Source: Leucoraja ocellata
Lineage: Eukaryota
DNA: 64,000 bases
NCBI GenBank assembly: GCA_036785375.1
Contig: JAWMAR010001270.1
Span: 248,001-312,000, forward strand
Reading direction: 5' to 3'
How positions within the stretch are numbered: the first letter of the stretch is position 1; every line of letters starts with the position of its first letter. Made by a program: the position numbers and the translations under genes. Below are positions 24,572 through 36,599 of the stretch, in pieces. Under the pieces are notes generated by a model. That model had not been told where the DNA came from. It saw nothing but the letters and a program-made list of their open reading frames with translations, and made no database searches.

Positions 24572-25041
24572 CACATAACAAAAACATTATGACAGTTAAC
24601 TATTGAAATGTGCTGGAACATTTTTTTTTTCAAAGTTCGAATTAGTCGCTCATCGACTGCGTCTTTATTTCACAATCAAGAGGAATTGTTCATACATTGC
24701 ATTTTATTCTTTAAAAATATTGAATCTTAAGAAATTTGATATGGACCTTGACTTTGTTTGTGATCAACCTGCTCTAACTTGCCACACTTTTAATTTTCAT
24801 TGTAATTTTGGAATGCGACACAGCTGCTGACACGCTATCACCATTTGATAATTTAATTCAAAGTCATGTTCGATTACGTATTACCGACTATGCGAAGTTA
24901 ATACACTAACACAAGATTGCAAAAACCGCTATTGCTAAACGGTTTCAAATACAACGGCGCCATCAGGAGTTCTTACTTTAGCCAATACATTTAATTATCT
25001 TCAAAGACACAATATTCATTTTGTTGTCTTGTTTTCTTTAG

Positions 25042-25085
25042 ATGCTAATAAAAATTCGATGGAATCAAGTCGAAGTGCAGAAACG
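25042..25085 (+). CDS. Receptor gene 2 exon 5: cytoplasmic spacer (DANKNSMESSRSAET)
   Basis: Strong polypyrimidine acceptor ttgttttctttag; donor ACG|gtaggg; phase 1-0, matching the phase-0 last exon. Confidence 0.75.
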
Positions 25086-25617
25086 GTAGGGTGCAATGTT
25101 CTTAGTATTGCAATTTTTTTTTCAAAAATGTTTTTTAGCAAAGATTTTAATTTCGTTGAGTAAAATCTAGAATTATTGTGGTACAGTGGAAGCTGTCCTG
25201 TTTATATCAACCTTGCATTTTCGAGTAATTACCAATCCTTATTTTCAATTTCAAAGAATGATCTCCAAATCATTAACGTTAAGCAGCTGTCACAGTGTGA
25301 AATTCTGGTTATTCTGTAGGAATGTTAAAAAAAACTTGTATGGTGAGAAAGTAGTAATTATTATGCAGCTGGACAGTTGCGCACAGAACAGGAATGTATC
25401 AAGCACTTAAGGGGCAGGCTATGTTGAAATATCATAATCATACTTTATTAGCCAAGTATGTTTTACAACATACGAGGAATTTGATTTGCCACACAGTCAT
25501 ATCAATAAAAAGCACCAAACACACAAAATACATCTACCACAGTGACTCCCCCACATTCCTCACTGTGATGGAAGGCAAAACTTACATATTGCAAGGGAAG
25601 AGTACAAATGTGTAGGA

Positions 25618-26435
25618 TCAAAGTCTGCGAGCGGGGCCACAACCTCTGCCATGCGACATGAATGAATGGTTTGCTCTAGTCAGTTCAGCTTTCCGAAACA
25701 GTTCAGCTCTTAGCTTGCGGTCGCTCATTCCCCCCACAATCTTGTCGCGTACTAACTCATTAGTCAACTCACCGAAGCGGCACCGTGTAGCCATATGTCG
25801 CAAGTCACTGATGAAGCGTTTGTCAGGTTCATCGATCTGCTGCTGTCGGGCAAAAAAACCTTGTTTTCTCAAGGATGCGATTCGAGGGCAGGTAACATAA
25901 CTCTAAAATTTTCTGAGTAGGACGGTTGGATTGTCGATAGATTCTGCTGGCACAAGGACCTGGCCATTATCGTTGGGGAAAACTCGAAGTTGGCTGCACG
26001 AAGCATTGCTTCTGGACCCGCTACATTGAGCAGTAGCGATGCCTTCAGATCATCGGGGTCATGTAGTGAGCATAATCACGTTCAAACATGCGCCATCGTT
26101 CATCTATGTCAGTAAAACACAATGGGACTCGGTTTTCGACAGGAGTTGGCCATAACGTTGAAAAATCACGAAATAAAACTGATAAAGAAAATAAACAGCG
26201 GTAAACGAACGTAGTGGGTTAGACCCAATAACCATGTAATTACCCGACTCGCACTCAGATAAAGGTATAAGCATCTTTAATATCCATTCCAGTATCACAT
26301 ATGCAGTACATTGTACATTCATTCTGCTGCAACTACTGAATACAGTAAGCGAGTTCTTACACCATAAAGCATGCACTAGGCAGAGTTATTATTACTAAGC
26401 ATTCTGATTGGCTAACATCCAATAGTCAATCTACA
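25618..26435 (-). mobile_element. Gypsy LTR retrotransposon 5' part: LTR (26235-26435), PBS-like TGG, degenerate gag
   Basis: On the - strand TGTAG...ATTAAA...TTACA is followed by TGGTTATTGG; gag-like FFARQQ..FISDLRHMATRCRFGELTNELVRDKIVGG. Confidence 0.78.
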
Positions 26436-27149
26436 ACCCCCATTGCCCAATCTACACCATATCCCTTATACCTATCTCCATTCCCCACCAGGAAGGTCTC
26501 AGGCCATTCCCAATCTTTTTATGGAGATCCAATCAGTTCCCCTCAACTAACACTTTCCTCCATCTGGCAGAATACGGCTTCAGCTTTAACAACTACTCTT
26601 GACTCCTCTCACTTTCTTTAAGTCAAAGGTATAGCCTTGTATCTTTGTTTATATTTAGAATTGACACCCTGTGCAAGTGTACAAACAGCATGGGTGCGAT
26701 TCCCCCGTTGATGGATTGCTTTCACAATTTGTCACCACGGACACCTTTCCATTTCTAGGCCTGGTTTTCAAAGTGATTGTTCTCAAACATGACTTACAAA
26801 TTAGATTTTTGGATTCAAGTTTCTTGGTGCGGTGGATCACTTCTGAGGCAGAGGTGACCTGTGCAATAGGGATGGTTGCACCTGAACTGGTTGGAACCAA
26901 TATCGAGGCAGTTCCCGAGGCAGGTTCTGTCCTGGGCCTCCTCCTAGCTTCCAGACCCCCCTCTCTACAATCAGTCTGAAGAAGGGTCCTGGACCGAAAC
27001 GGCACCTATCCGTTTTCTGCTAAAATGCTGCCTGTCCCACTGAGATACTGCAGCATTTTGTGTCTGTCTCAGGTTGTGCTAATACTACATGGGTGGATTT
27101 AAGTTAGATTGGCGGGGGGGGGGGGGGGGGGGGGAGGGAGATCCAATAC

Positions 27150-29460
27150 AGGACTGAGGCAGGTGAGAAACAGATGCTGAGAGAATGTTTAGAGGAGAGA
27201 ATAGGCAGGAGCATGGCAAGGAGTGAGGAAAGACTATTGGATTGAATTGCATTTATTTTAATGCGAGAGGTCTATAGGTAATGTGTAGCGGGTACGTGTG
27301 ACTGGGACATTGTAGCCATTACAGAAACCTGGCTAAGAAAGGGACAGGGTACAGATGTTATAAGAGAGAGAGGTAGGAGTAAGAGGAAGTAGTGTTGCTT
27401 TATTTAAGGAGAACTTCATGGAAGTAGTCCGAGATGACATTACTGATCGTCGTTCAGTGAGGTTATATGGGTGGAAATATGAAATTGTTGTTGGGAGCGT
27501 TCTTTAGACCTCCAAATAATCAACAGGAATTTAGAAGAGCAAATATGCCAGGAGATTGCAGGCATCTTCAAGACTAATGTTGTCAAATCTGGGATTTTCA
27601 TATTCTCAATATAGACTGGGATCGTCATAACACCTAGAGCTTAGACGGAATGGAAATTGTCAAATATGGTCAGGAAAGTTACCTTAGACAATATGTAGGA
27701 GAGGGCAAAGCTTGATCTACCCAAAGGCAATTGGAAAGGAAAGTGACTGATGTGTTCATAGATTACCCTTTTGGGACCAGTGCTCTGTTCTATTAACTTT
27801 AAAATAGTTATGGATAAAGACAGGGTGGACCCATTAGTTCAAATTCTGAATTTGGGCAAGGCCAACTTTTAAGGTGTTAGACAGGAATTTGCTAAATTTA
27901 ATTCAAGTAGGTTGTTTGTGGGCAAAGGAACATTCAGAAAGTGAGGAAAAATTTAAAAATTAAGAAAAGTTCAGGGCATGCATGTCCTGTTAAAGTGAAG
28001 TCAAGGCAGATGACCGTAAAAAAATCTTGGACTAGAGAAATTGACATTCTGGTCTGGTCAGGAAAAAGGTCAGGTCTAGGCAGATGTAAGTGTATCAGGA
28101 ACTAATTTTCAGGAACATACTTAGAAAGGAAATCAGGAGGCCAACAGGTGGTCAAGAGGAAACGCTTGCAAATAATATTAAGGTAAATCCAGATTTTATA
28201 AAATATTAGGCAAAAGAAGGTAACTAGAGAGTATAGGGCCCCACAGAAACCAAAGTGGTCATCTCTGCGTGGAGCGGCAGGAGATGGGCAAGGTACTCAA
28301 CGAGTATTTCTCCTCTGTTTTTAACATGGAGGCAGACATGAAGACTGGGAACTTGGGACAGTTAATGAAAATGTCTTGACAGCCCACATTACGATCGAGG
28401 AGGTGCTGAATGTCCTGAGGTGTATGAATGTAGAATAATCTACCAGACCTGATCAGATATATCAGAGGACACTGTGGGAAGTTAGAGAAGAAATAGCATC
28501 TGGGCTGAGGTAAACAAATCATCATTAAACAGGTCTGAGCTGCAGAAAATGTTTGGATTTATTTCCCGACATGCAATACCTCACACTTATCTGCACATGC
28601 CTAACTGATCAAGATCCTGCTGTAATATTTGATGACCATCTTCATTATCTACTTTACCACTGACTTAATGTCATCTGCAAGCTTACCAAAAAAATCTTCT
28701 ATATTCTGGCCCTAATCATTGACATGCAACACAAACGGCAATGAATCCAGCACCAATCCCCGAGGCACACCCTTACTCCCAGGCCTCCAGACATTCCTTG
28801 CTGGAGACAGAGGAACTTGGAACAATAATAGAAATCTCGAGGACAGTATGTATTATGTAAGAGGAGCATACACAAAAAGCTGGAGTAACTCAGTGGGACA
28901 GGCATCATCTCTGGAGAAAAGGAATGGGTGCCGTTTCGGGGTCGAGACACTTCTTTAGACCCTTCTTCCTCATGGTTGAGGAGGTACTGAATGTCATTGC
29001 AAAGAAAATCTTAGGAACTATAGATCAGTGAGCCAAATATCTGTGGTAGGCAAATTACTGGAGAGAAACATTAGATTGCATAGGATCCAGGGAGTACTGG
29101 AAAGAATTGGCTTCATGGAAGGAAGCAGAGGTGATGGCGAAAGGTTGTTTGTCTGACTGGAGGCCCGTGACTAGTGTTATGCCTCAGGGATCAGTGCTGG
29201 GCCCATTGCTATTTGTGGTTTGTATCAATGATTTGAATGAGAATGTACAAGGCATGGTTAATAAGTTTGCAGGTGACACTAAAGTGGGTGGTATCGTAGA
29301 TAACGCAGATATTTGATCAGTTGGGGAAATGGGCTGAGAGATTGTTAATGTTAAATGCAGATAAGCACAAGGTGTTGCATTTTGGGAAATCAAACCAGGA
29401 CAAGACCCACACAGTGAAAGGCAGGGTCCTGGGAAGTGTTGTGGAGCAAAGGGATCTAAT
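27150..29460 (+). mobile_element. Degenerate CR1 LINE pieces, with an inverted piece at about 28560-28800
   Basis: Endonuclease-like start (VAITETWL) and WRPVTSVMPQGSVLGPLLF..FAGDTKVGG; boundaries approximate. Confidence 0.8.
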
Positions 29461-31862
29461 ATTGTAGGTACCCAAAATTGCTGGAGAAACTTAGCGGGTG
29501 CAGCAGCATCTATGGAGCTAAGGAAATAGGCGACGTTTCGGGCCGAAACCCTTCTTCAGATTGATGGGGGGTGGGGGGAGAAGGAAGGAAAAAGGGAGGA
29601 GGAGGAGCCCGAGGGCAGGGGGGGGGGGGGGGGGGGGGGGGGGGAGATGGGAGGAGACAACTTGAGGGTTAAGGAAGGGGAGGAGACAGGAAGGGCTAGC
29701 AAAATTGGGAGAATTCCTTGAAAGTGGTGTCACAGATAGAGTGGTCAGATGACTTTTGGTATGTTGGCCTTCATCAGTCAGGGAATGAGTCCACATGCAG
29801 CTTAGATTATTCACCAACTGACTCTTTCCATGGTAAAGGTCCATGGTGCAAGGACATCGCCCTCACTTTTGATCCCAGTTTCAATCTAACAAATACTCTT
29901 AGCTGTGTGGGCTGATTTCTGCCAAGGTGCAACCAAATTGTCCTCGCCCCGATCCGCAATATGACCAAGGCTGCAAATTTTTTTTAGTTTAGTGATGCAG
30001 TGCTGAAACAAGCTCGTCGGCCAACTGAGTCGCACAGACCAGCGATCCCCGTACATTAACATTATTCTGCACACACTAGGGACAATTTACATTTTACCAA
30101 GCCGATTAACCTACAAACTAATACGTCTTGAGTGTGGGATGAAACCGAAATTCTAGGAGAAAACCCACACGTCACGTGGAGAACGTACAAACTCCAGACA
30201 GGCAAGCACCCAGGGTCCAAGGTCAGGATCCAACCCGGGTCTCTGGCACTAAGGCAGCACCAATCTTTGGGCAGCACCTCTATTGCTGCACCACTGTGTG
30301 AATAGGGTAAATATTAGTCAAACCCTCAATCAGTGATCAGAAACAAATATCTCAACAGGGGACTTTGCATAATCTTGTACCCTGATGTTTGAGCACTACT
30401 CGAATTTATCAACCATTCTTAGTCTTAGAATCCAAAAACTCAGACCAATTAGATTTCTTTATATAAAAAAGGATATTCATCTGGTTGGCCTATACTCTAC
30501 CGCTACATCAGAGAATCTGGTGCTTCTGTACCTATGAACTTGCGACTGCATTGTCACAGGACAATGAGTACTGTAGAAGCTGTACTTTGTCCAGGCGCAG
30601 CCACTCAACACTGAGATGCGGGGATCATGAATGCATCCTGCAACGAATGGGCTCAACAGCTGAAAATGGGGCTGCTTCATTGGTTGAGAGGGGCCCCGTC
30701 TCATCAGCACATCTAAGATCACAAAAGAATCTTGATGAACTGGGACAATGGGCCGAGGAATGGCACATGGAGTTTAATGCAGAAGTTTTACATTGGCAAG
30801 CCAAACTTGGACAGGGCTAATACAATAAATGGTAGGCCCTGGGGAGTGCTGTAGAACAGAAAGACCTAGAAGTACATAGTTCCATGAATATGGTGATGCA
30901 GGTAGACAGGGTGCTGAAGAAAATATTTGGCATGCATGTCTTCATGAGTCAGGTTGAGTACAGGAGTTGGGGCATGTTATTGCTGGCTAAGATGTTGGTA
31001 CGGTCACATTGAGTACTGTGTACAGTTCTGGGGTGAAAATACAGCTATTCACCAGGATAGGGAGAATGGGGTTAAGGTGAGAGAGGGATATTAAAGGGGC
31101 CTTTGGAGCAACTTTTTCACCAAAAGGGTGATTCGCGAGCAGCCAGAGGAAGTGCGAGGCAAGTACAATTACAATATACAAGACACTTGGACAGGTTCAC
31201 GGCTCGATAAGGTATGATACATACATACTTGGGCCACAAAGCGACTTCCATCACAATTAGCAGGAGGTGAGGGAGGATTTGTAGGGCGCCCGCCCAGCTG
31301 CTTTTCTGTAGCAATGACCTGCACTCACTGGATGTCTCACTGTATCTTGCATAACAGCACACTGTATGACACTCGCCTCCCTGTTCGCCCCATCCCACCC
31401 GATAGCAGCACACAGACAGCCATCGAATATTTAAAATGGCTCCTTCCACATGGGCTAGTCTGCTACTGGGTCACTGACTTTTGCATCGCCTGGTGTGCCA
31501 GAGGCGAGTCGTGTCCATAACCAGGAACCCGGCCCTGCAAGCCTGGTTGTAACAGGCCATGTATAAACACAACTTGCTTTCTGGGAAGGAACACCGAACG
31601 CTAGTTGAACGCCGAACTAATGTATTAGCATACTGAAAAAGTAGTACTTTAAACCTTTACCTACACTTCCTAGGAGATTACACTAGCAATAACCTAGTAT
31701 GAACATTAAGTGCAAAAATAAATATTGCTTTATAAATACAATTAAAAATTGGAGTAAGAAAAAATACTTAAAGTAGCTATCTTATACTAATCAATGATCG
31801 ATATTTGAAAACAAAATCTATTCATGTATTTACTAACATCCGATATTTAATGACTTTCACAG

Positions 31863-31988
31863 ACTAAAGGAAGCGAAGCTGACAAGCCTACTTACGCTGC
31901 TCTGCAGTTTTCCAAATCAATTAAATCAGCACCTAAACCCAAGAACGAACACCCAGTCTACGCAGATATAAATATTTCAAAGGGGTAA
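31863..31988 (+). CDS. Receptor gene 2 exon 6: tail with two ITIM-like motifs (TKGSEADKPTYAALQFSKSIKSAPKPKNEHPVYADINISKG*)
   Basis: TACTAAC branch point at 31831-31837; acceptor ctttcacag; phase 0; TAA at 31986-31988. Spliced CDS totals 924 nt = 307 aa. Confidence 0.82.
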   Translation, partial: TKGSEADKPTYAALQFSKSIKSAPKPKNEHPVYADINISKG

Positions 31989-32328
31989 CGGGTACTGTGA
32001 ATGAGTGAAGATGCAAGACCTTATCACTTGCCATTTATTGCCTGTCCAATTGAAAGGAACCACATCGCAGATCAGGGAAGAGGATCGCTATCATTTGCAA
32101 CAGAGGAAATACCTTGACAGAATCGGAAGCCGACGTGTTAATAACCAGTGCTTTCCAAGACGAAAGCAAGAACAGTAATGCCAGTGTCATACAGGTGCAA
32201 ACATAAAAACCTATCCTCCCTCATTTATGCTGCTGTACTGTACATTTGGTGCAATGTTATCAAAATTTCACAAAGTGAGCTTACGTTCTATAAGAAAATG
32301 CCCGTTACTTCAATTTTATAAAAATAAT

Positions 32329-32348
32329 TTTATTTTCACTTAATTAAA
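32329..32348. terminator. Opposed poly(A) signals: AATAAA on - (32329-32334, NUDT21) and ATTAAA on + (32343-32348, receptor 2)
   Basis: Hexamers seen directly; assignment to the genes is inferred. Confidence 0.45.
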
Positions 32349-34478
32349 ACTGTCTTTTCAAATTCATCCACGGCTTGAAGATTATCAGTTGTTGTGACTG
32401 CCATCTGTATTGATACAAAACAGAAAAAATTGCCAACCAACAAACCAGGAGAGAAATGCATTGTTCCCCAAAGTGATTAGGGCAGTGCGGAACCACAAGA
32501 TGCACTCCAAGTCCTTGCAAGAAGTGACTTTTGCACCTGTTCAAATATTTGGATGAAAAGACTTGGATACTTATAGATCGAGTTGAGAAGATCTATAATC
32601 TCATTGAATGGCTGAATTTAGAGAACAGCATTTTAAAGAATTATTTCTGGGAGTAAGAACAGATTGGTGCATTTAACATTGGCTTAAATGCAGGCCACAC
32701 ATATCTAGGCAGTCCTATTCCACATTTTTCTACATCTTTTTTCTCTCATGCCCATCAACGTCTCCTACTCAGCTAACCCAGGGTCAATTTACGGTAAAGA
32801 GTAAGGAAAGTGAAGGAAACCCACATTGGCATAACATGTTCACATTGCAGAGCATTAGAAGTACAAGTCAGGATAATCTACCACCATTAACTGGTGATTA
32901 AAGTACTATTATATATTATGGGATTGGTATAGTGATAGGCTGCCGAGGGCAATAGATGGGGAGAAAAGGAAATCCACTGCCCGACTCTTAACCTACAGTA
33001 CCCCACAATACATTGGGAGCCCAGAGTCACCCATTATGGATATACAAGCAGCAGTTGTTCATCTCTCCCTTACCAAGGCACAATACCCCACCTCTGCAAT
33101 AAATTCACCCCAACATGCTTTTGTTCAATTTCGGCAAAACAGTTAGCATTGAATGTAGTTTAAACAAGCAAATCTAATAATTCTGCAAACGTATTTCTTC
33201 ATTTAGTTCAGCATCTTACAAAGCTGAGGCTGTAATACATTTGGCAGAATGAAAAACAATCAGACAACATAATAGAAAACTGCTCAGGACCTCTAAAGTG
33301 TTAATGATATTGTAACAATGGAAGAAAAGTTATTTTGAACATTTCATCTATCTGAAACATTCAAGGACATCTGTTACTGAAGTCAGGGTATTAGTTTTGA
33401 GAATGCCAACTCTTTTTGATGACCAACTTCTGGAATTGTTGAAAAGGAAATCAAGTAATTTGAAATACACCAAGAAAGGAATTAAAATCCTCCAAACTGA
33501 AGTTTAGAATTGTGCAGCATAAACTAGGATTCTTCACGTGAGAACTTCCAAATTCGTTTTTTGCCCCAAAATTGAACCAAACACCAACTAACTGGAAAGA
33601 CACACTAAGGTCTAGGTCATTAAACTTAAAAGCAAGCAAGACCCACATCAAGAATGGATTTTCATGTTCGCTCGATCAAATTACAACCATTGTACATTTC
33701 AGTTTTGCACCGATTTGTGATTTGAAGTATCCCTAACCAATCTGTAATTCGAATACATAATGACAGAATTTTTGAAGATCCACATATACCCAAGATCACC
33801 ACTTTGCTGCTGATGTAACAATTCACGTTCGAATATATTCAAGTATTTAATGCCTCGACACACTCCTTATAACAGCTGCATAGAATCACTTGTTTATATA
33901 CCTCAATGGTCCAAAGCATAACACTTAACTGCAAAACATGCAGTTAACATCCCAGGTTACAAAACAGCCCTGAAAAGTTCACCGTGAAATTGGAGGAAAG
34001 AATGATTAATCAGAAGATTTGCTTCAAAATCACTTCTACTATATAAACCAAAGCAGAATAAATCAGGTCAGTTTTGTCTTTAATCAATATACATCGACTA
34101 GGTTTCTCTCATATCCAATTACAATAGGTCCAAATAAATGGTGAAATACAAAATACACAAACTACAGCTAATTAAAACCCTCAAAAATAAAGGTATTTGT
34201 CCATTTAATAAAGTAGAAAACTCAAACAATTACATAAGCAGAAAACATTTCTTAAAAAAAAAGCACCAGTTAAAACTCCTCGGCTTCATAGTTGGTGTAC
34301 AGTTGAACAAAATCTCACAGGAGCATCAGCTGAGCAGGTCAGGTGCTGCATGCTGTTGGATTTGGTTTGTAGAACCGATTTACTCTCTGGCTGAGAAGCC
34401 AGACTACTGGCTTGGAGATGTTCACAAGAAATTGTAGTTGTACATCCATCAGGATCTTGAGCAATGCATCCATACACT

Positions 34479-34500
34479 TCAGTTATAAATAAAATTAAAC
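34479..34500 (-). CDS. NUDT21: NUDT21 exon 7 (FNFIYN*)
   Basis: Matches the vertebrate CFIm25 C-terminus; canonical acceptor. Confidence 0.93.
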
Positions 34501-35199
34501 CTAAAAGTTAAAGAAGAAACTTCAGGTACATTTAAAAACAAGTGCATACACTGCAGAGGAAAAAAAAAAAACAGATGAGCCAAATCGCTTCATATAGAAA
34601 AAGCATTGGATGAATCAGGCCACATAACTTGAAGCAGACCAAATCAGCGATTTCAGAGTCTCACGATCAGCCAGTTTATGCAGGTAATATTTAGAACAAT
34701 TCAAAGGTTTCAAAAGCCTTTTATCGTCATGTGTATCAATTAAAGTACAGTGATATTCGAATTATTGTGCTTCAAGAATTCTGTCTTACAGCACTTTGTC
34801 AGCTTGTTACAAGGAAAAAAAAAAGAGCTGAAGGGTTTAGAAACCCACATTAATCAGAACTCGAGCATATATGGCCTAGTGCAAATGTAGATGATCCATG
34901 GGGAAAGGAAATCTTTTAAAAAAACAAACATCAGACGTTGGTTTTCAGTTTGTACTGAAAATTAGTTTATTGATAATGGAAGTGCCCAATATAGAAATAG
35001 AAAGTGGACCATGCAAAACAATTGTCAGATGGTTGGGAAGATACCTTTAAAATATTAGTGACTGCATTTAATTTTTAATATGTAAACTAGTGAGGCAAAC
35101 ATGACAGAAAGTAATAAATCCAAGGAGTCATATTCCCAGAAGCATGACTTGACCATTTCAAAAGAAAATTGCTTAAGCTGTTAGTACATTTTTTCATTA

Positions 35200-35382
<183 letters not shown>

Positions 35383-36048
35383 CTATTTAACATAATATAA
35401 CCAACACAACACCTGGACCCCAACCAACACAATCCAAAATACAAGACAGTGCAGCACAGGAAGAGGCCAATGGGCCTATAACGTTGCGGCACACACAATG
35501 CCAAGATAAATTAATTGAAGTGAAGCAGTTAATTTTGTCGATGGGGTTAATGTGATTAATAATCTGTGAACATTTATGTGGCGTGTGGCTAGCGCGTGGC
35601 GTTTTAACGAAGGTAGAAAAGACACATACACACAAATACAAGATGACTTTTATAGGTATAGAGATTGTTGGGGTGTGGTGAAGCATCCATAATATCAGCC
35701 AACTTATTACACTTTTTTTGCATCACAAACATCAGCCATCACTTTTTGTCAACATCTAAATCAAAGATAGAGGTGAAATTCAAGTCTATAAGTAATTGAA
35801 GTAGCATTGCATCAGAGTTGCCCTTCATACAAGCCACTGACTAACCAAACTCCTATACATTTGCTATGCAGATGCCAAAATTCCAATGTTACAGTCAAAC
35901 AACATAATCCAAGCAACAGTCTAACATATCAATCATATATGCAACTGATGTTCATTGGATCTTGCAGTATATGAACTGTTTGCGCCGCTTTCCTTTTCAC
36001 TCATTTACCAAAGCACTTGAGACAATGCAACAAATCAAATGGTATCTA

Positions 36049-36225
<177 letters not shown>

Positions 36226-36599
36226 TTATCTTAATATAAAATATGATGTTTCAGGGCACTTAGATGTATTATTCACCAGCTGTTAAAAAAGATATTGGAA
36301 CTAATCACCATCATTGGATGAAAACCGAACAGCAAATCAAGATATCCAAGCAAGTCACTGATATACTAGTCAAGACTATAGTAGCTCAGAATAATAGCTT
36401 ATTTTTCCAATATAATGAATGGTTCCCAAAGCAGTTTTGTTGTGAGTTGACAGGAATGCCAGAATTAGTCTCTGGAAATACTTTGACTCCATACCAGTGA
36501 CATAACATATAACAAGGAATAAGATTAAATAGTACAATTATTCCTGCAAGATTATTTCCATTCCAAAAAAAATCACATTTCAGCCAAAGGAGATCTTTT

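Noticed and set aside
25271-25310. CACAGTG heptamer as a possible recombination signal sequence
   Set aside because: No nonamer at 12 or 23 spacing, and it is far from the V exon, which already contains its J-like strand
26641-26979. Possible extra cytoplasmic exon / 102-aa ORF of receptor gene 2
   Set aside because: The acceptor at 26658 gives an immediate stop in phase 0 and the ORF has no recognisable motif; 31863-31988 fits far better
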